A stretch of 64,000 bases of DNA, taken from contig CAXXLV010000002.1 in the NCBI GenBank assembly GCA_963664305.2, forward strand, positions 576,001 through 640,000, given 5' to 3'. Positions 60,763-64,000 of the stretch are shown piece after piece. Under the pieces are notes generated by a model. The model was not told the origin of the DNA, ran no database searches, and worked only from the letters and a program-made list of their open reading frames with translations. Position numbers and translations under genes: made by a program. Within the stretch, counting starts at the first letter, position 1. Every line of letters begins with the position of its first letter. This DNA comes from an uncultured Aliarcobacter sp. GTDB taxonomy: Bacteria; Campylobacterota; Campylobacteria; Campylobacterales; Arcobacteraceae.

Positions 60763-62459
60763 TATTTTGCTCCTTCAATTAATGTCATTTCATTTAACGC
60801 ATGTCCATTTGGAACCATTGGTAATACCTCTTCATTTCTTGCAACAACTACTTCAATCATTGCAGGTTTTTTCTTTTCTACAGCATCTTTTAAAGCTGTA
60901 TCAAATTCTTCTTTTGTTGTAACTCTATAACCTAATCCACCAAATGCTTCAACTAGCATTTTAAAGTTAGGTTGAGCTGATAAATCTGTTTCAGATAATC
61001 TATTTTCATAGAACATTGTTTGCCATTGTCTAACCATTCCTAAATAGTTGTTATTTAAAACGATATTTATAACTGGTAAATCATATTCTACACAAGTCAT
61101 AAGCTCTTGAATGTTCATTAAAATAGAACCATCTCCAGTAAAGTTTATAGTAACTTTATCAGTTCCTTTAACTGCTCTTGCTACACCCATAGCTGCAGGT
61201 AATCCAAATCCCATAGTTCCTAAACCACCACTTGTAATCCATTGTCTTGGATATGAAAATGGATAAAATTGAGCTGTCCACATTTGATGTTGACCAACAT
61301 CTGTAGAAATAATAGCTTTATCCCCTAAAAGTTTTCCTACCCTTTCTATTGGCCATTGTGGTTTAATAACTTCATTTGAATCAAGATATCTTAAAGGTTC
61401 TTTTTCTCTGTAATCTTTTAATAAATCAACCCAGTTAGTATAATCATTAAACTCATTCTCTTCGATAGCTTCAATCATAGCTTTAACTGTAACTTTTAAA
61501 TCTCCAACGATTGGATAATCAGGAACAACTAATTTTGCAATTGAAGTTGGGTCAATGTCAACATGAATAACCTTTGCTTTTGAAGCAAACTCATCAAGTC
61601 TTCCAGTTACCCTATCATCAAATCTTGCACCTAAAGAGATTAATAAATCTGTTTCATAAGCTGCCATATTAGCTGCAAATTCTCCATGCATTCCTAACAT
61701 TCCAAAAAATAATGGATTTTCATCACCCATTACTCCTCTTGCCATTAGAGTTTCAACTGCTGGAATATTTAATTTTCTAGCTAATTCTCTAATTTCAAAT
61801 GCACAATTTGATAATATTGCTCCACCACCTACATATAAAAGAGGTTTTTTAGCATTTGAAATTGCTTCCATTGCTTTTTTTAATTGTCTTTTATTGTAGT
61901 TTACTGTTGGTTTATAAGTTGGTAAATTTATTTCTTCTGGATAAATAAATTCTGCAACTTGTGCCGTAATATCTTTTGGGATATCCACATGAACAGGTCC
62001 TGGTCTTCCAGTACTTGCTATATGAAACGCCTCTTTAATAATTCTTGGTAAATCTTCAATTTTATTAACTAAATAGTTATGTTTTGTACAAGGTCTTGAA
62101 ATTCCCACTGCATCAATTTCTTGGAAACCATCTGTTCCAATAATTGCTGTTGGAACTTGTCCAGAAATAACAACTAAAGGGATAGAATCCATATAAGCAT
62201 CTGCTATTCCTGTTATTGCATTTGTAAATCCAGGACCACTTGTAACAATAGCAACTCCTGTTTTACCAGTTGCTCTTGCATAACCTTCAGCTGCAATTAT
62301 TGAAGCTTGTTCATGTCTATTTAGAATGTGTTGAAAATAGTTTTGTTTATATATTTCATCATAGACGTTCATAATAGCGCCTCCAGGGTATCCAAATACT
62401 ACTTCAACCCCTTCTTGATGTAATGATTCTACAACCATTTTTGCGCCAGTCATCTTCAT
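60762..62459 (-). CDS. ilvB: Acetolactate synthase large subunit
   Basis: [23 protein letters not shown] ThDP motif. Confidence 0.97.
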   Translation of the reverse strand: MKMTGAKMVVESLHQEGVEVVFGYPGGAIMNVYDEIYKQNYFQHILNRHEQASIIAAEGYARATGKTGVAIVTSGPGFTNAITGIADAYMDSIPLVVISGQVPTAIIGTDGFQEIDAVGISRPCTKHNYLVNKIEDLPRIIKEAFHIASTGRPGPVHVDIPKDITAQVAEFIYPEEINLPTYKPTVNYNKRQLKKAMEAISNAKKPLLYVGGGAILSNCAFEIRELARKLNIPAVETLMARGVMGDENPLFFGMLGMHGEFAANMAAYETDLLISLGARFDDRVTGRLDEFASKAKVIHVDIDPTSIAKLVVPDYPIVGDLKVTVKAMIEAIEENEFNDYTNWVDLLKDYREKEPLRYLDSNEVIKPQWPIERVGKLLGDKAIISTDVGQHQMWTAQFYPFSYPRQWITSGGLGTMGFGLPAAMGVARAVKGTDKVTINFTGDGSILMNIQELMTCVEYDLPVINIVLNNNYLGMVRQWQTMFYENRLSETDLSAQPNFKMLVEAFGGLGYRVTTKEEFDTALKDAVEKKKPAMIEVVVARNEEVLPMVPNGHALNEMTLIEGAK

Positions 62460-62641
62460 AATAATTCTCCATTGTTCTAAAAATAAGTATTTATTTTACA
62501 AAAACTATGATTAAATTACCTTTTGATTATCTATTTATTTTATAAATTTAGCTACATCTAATTAAAAAATATCTATATAAATGAATAATTATTAAAAAAA
62601 TTAGCTATAATAAATTAAAATAATAATTTGAAGGAGCCCAA

Positions 62642-63445
62642 ATGGATGTAAATGCAATAAATAATAATTCTATATCAAGTTTAAACACTTCATCATCTTC
62701 TTCTTTACAACTAGAAAAAACCTCTCAAAGTGGTAGGATTAATAATTCTGAAAAAGATGCATTAAGTTTAAGTATCAGTGATTATAATAAACAAAGAGAT
62801 GAACTTTCTTTAAATATTCAATCATTTAATGATGGAATTGCAATATCAAAAATAGCTCAAAATGGAATATCAAAACAACAAGAATATTTAAGTAATGTTC
62901 AAGATAAACTTCAAAATATTAATAATTTACAAAATAAAAATGATATAAAACAAAGTATCAATGAAGATTTAAGAAATTTTAATCAAACTGCATATGAAAC
63001 AAAATATAAAAATGATAATTTATTAGTTCAAAATTATTATGATGACAAATCAACTATTGATATAAATACAAGTACTGGAAATTTTTCTGTTGAAAAAACA
63101 AATACTGCAACTTTCGCAAATGATATTTTTGAAACAGTAAATAATAGTGATTTAAATAATCCAGAAAACGTTTCAAATGCTTTAAATAAAGTTTCAACAG
63201 CATCATCTCAATTAAACGGATTATCTGAACAATTTTCACAATTTAGTAAACAATTAGAAGAAAAAGCATTAGAAAATATAAAAGAGCAAAATAATTTATA
63301 TAAAGAAAATCAAATGAATAAACCAAAAGATTTTGGTAGAGAATCAACTGATTTTTCAAAAGCAAATATTAATGCAAATGCAGGATATTTAGCAGCTTCT
63401 CAAGCAAATATCGTTCAAGCACAAAGTGTAAAAGTTATAGGTTAA
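62642..63445 (+). CDS. Short flagellin-like protein (FlaC-like)
   Basis: NDGIAISKIAQ (flagellin N-helix) and DFGRESTDFSKANINANAG..AASQAN (flagellin C-terminus); TATAAT and AAGGAG upstream. Confidence 0.75.
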   Translation: MDVNAINNNSISSLNTSSSSSLQLEKTSQSGRINNSEKDALSLSISDYNKQRDELSLNIQSFNDGIAISKIAQNGISKQQEYLSNVQDKLQNINNLQNKNDIKQSINEDLRNFNQTAYETKYKNDNLLVQNYYDDKSTIDINTSTGNFSVEKTNTATFANDIFETVNNSDLNNPENVSNALNKVSTASSQLNGLSEQFSQFSKQLEEKALENIKEQNNLYKENQMNKPKDFGRESTDFSKANINANAGYLAASQANIVQAQSVKVIG

Positions 63446-64000
63446 TTTTTACACTTTGTCAAACAATAGTTTATAGCAACACCTTCTCTTAGTCCATCAT
63501 CTAAAACTATTGATTCTTTTTTATTTAAAACTTCAAATATTGTTTTATAAATAAAAATTCCAACTTCAATAAATTCAACTCTACCACGACCAACAAGTCT
63601 TGTTATCTTTTCTTTTGAAGAATTTTTAAAAATATCTAAACAATAACTCAAATCTTCAAGATTTACTGTTGCACCATTTACAATATTTCTATCATATGAA
63701 AAGAAATCTTGTCCTAATTTAATAGCTGCTATTGTTGTTGGAGTTCCAGCAGTTGCAACAAAACTATAATTTGATAGATCTAAATTTAGTGAATCTAAAA
63801 ATTGTTTTATTTCTATTTTTTTATTTTCTAAATCATTATGTAAATCATGAGTTTTTAGAAATTTTTGAGTCATAGTAACAATACCAAAATCAAAACTTTT
63901 AGCTTTATATTCATCTTTTGTATTTACAATAATTTCAGTTGACCCACCGCCAATATCAAGAAGTATAAAGTTATCAGAATTAATTTTTTCTCTTTTTAAA
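63442..64000 (-). CDS. Ppx/GppA family phosphatase, 5' end outside window
   Basis: LDIGGGSTE upstream of the ORF-track start, ATAGT, GLREG. Confidence 0.9.
   Translation of the reverse strand, partial: LKREKINSDNFILLDIGGGSTEIIVNTKDEYKAKSFDFGIVTMTQKFLKTHDLHNDLENKKIEIKQFLDSLNLDLSNYSFVATAGTPTTIAAIKLGQDFFSYDRNIVNGATVNLEDLSYCLDIFKNSSKEKITRLVGRGRVEFIEVGIFIYKTIFEVLNKKESIVLDDGLREGVAINYCLTKCKN

Noticed and set aside
62460..62641. ilvB attenuator or leader peptide
   Set aside because: No Ile/Leu/Val-rich leader ORF or terminator hairpin visible; an AT-rich divergent promoter region.
1..64000. CRISPR arrays, tRNA/rRNA genes, phase-variable poly-G/C tracts
   Set aside because: No regularly spaced repeats, cloverleaf candidates or long G/C homopolymers were seen by eye; intergenic spaces are short.

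Overview
AT-rich chromosomal window from a Campylobacterota bacterium, most likely Arcobacteraceae (inferred from gene content: HobA, XerH/difH, GluRS2, MqnC, purD-linked 6S RNA). It spans the replication terminus: xerH with an adjacent difH site at ~29.1 kb, polarised AGTAGGG motifs, and ftsK. Most of it is housekeeping (oadGAB, metG, fbp, gltX2, bamA, folP, lysC, prmC, pnp, lptD, purD, der, hpf, lpxD, ilvBN), plus a cheY-A-R-D-B cluster. The standout is a ~10.4 kb module at 46.66-57.03 kb. It encodes an OmpR-family regulator and histidine kinase, acidic Ser/Thr-rich FlgD/FlgE/FlgL/FlgK/FliD homologues, a truncated FlgD paralogue and a multi-EF-hand protein, but no flagellin, rod or export genes. 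Four promoters in it share the architecture RWTAC-N6-TTTAC-N10-TANNAT, and its FlgD carries a FliD-like inserted domain. This suggests a two-component-regulated, possibly Ca2+-related, alternative flagellar-type appendage. No CRISPR array, tRNA, rRNA or IS element was recognised. All alignments and motif counts were done by eye.
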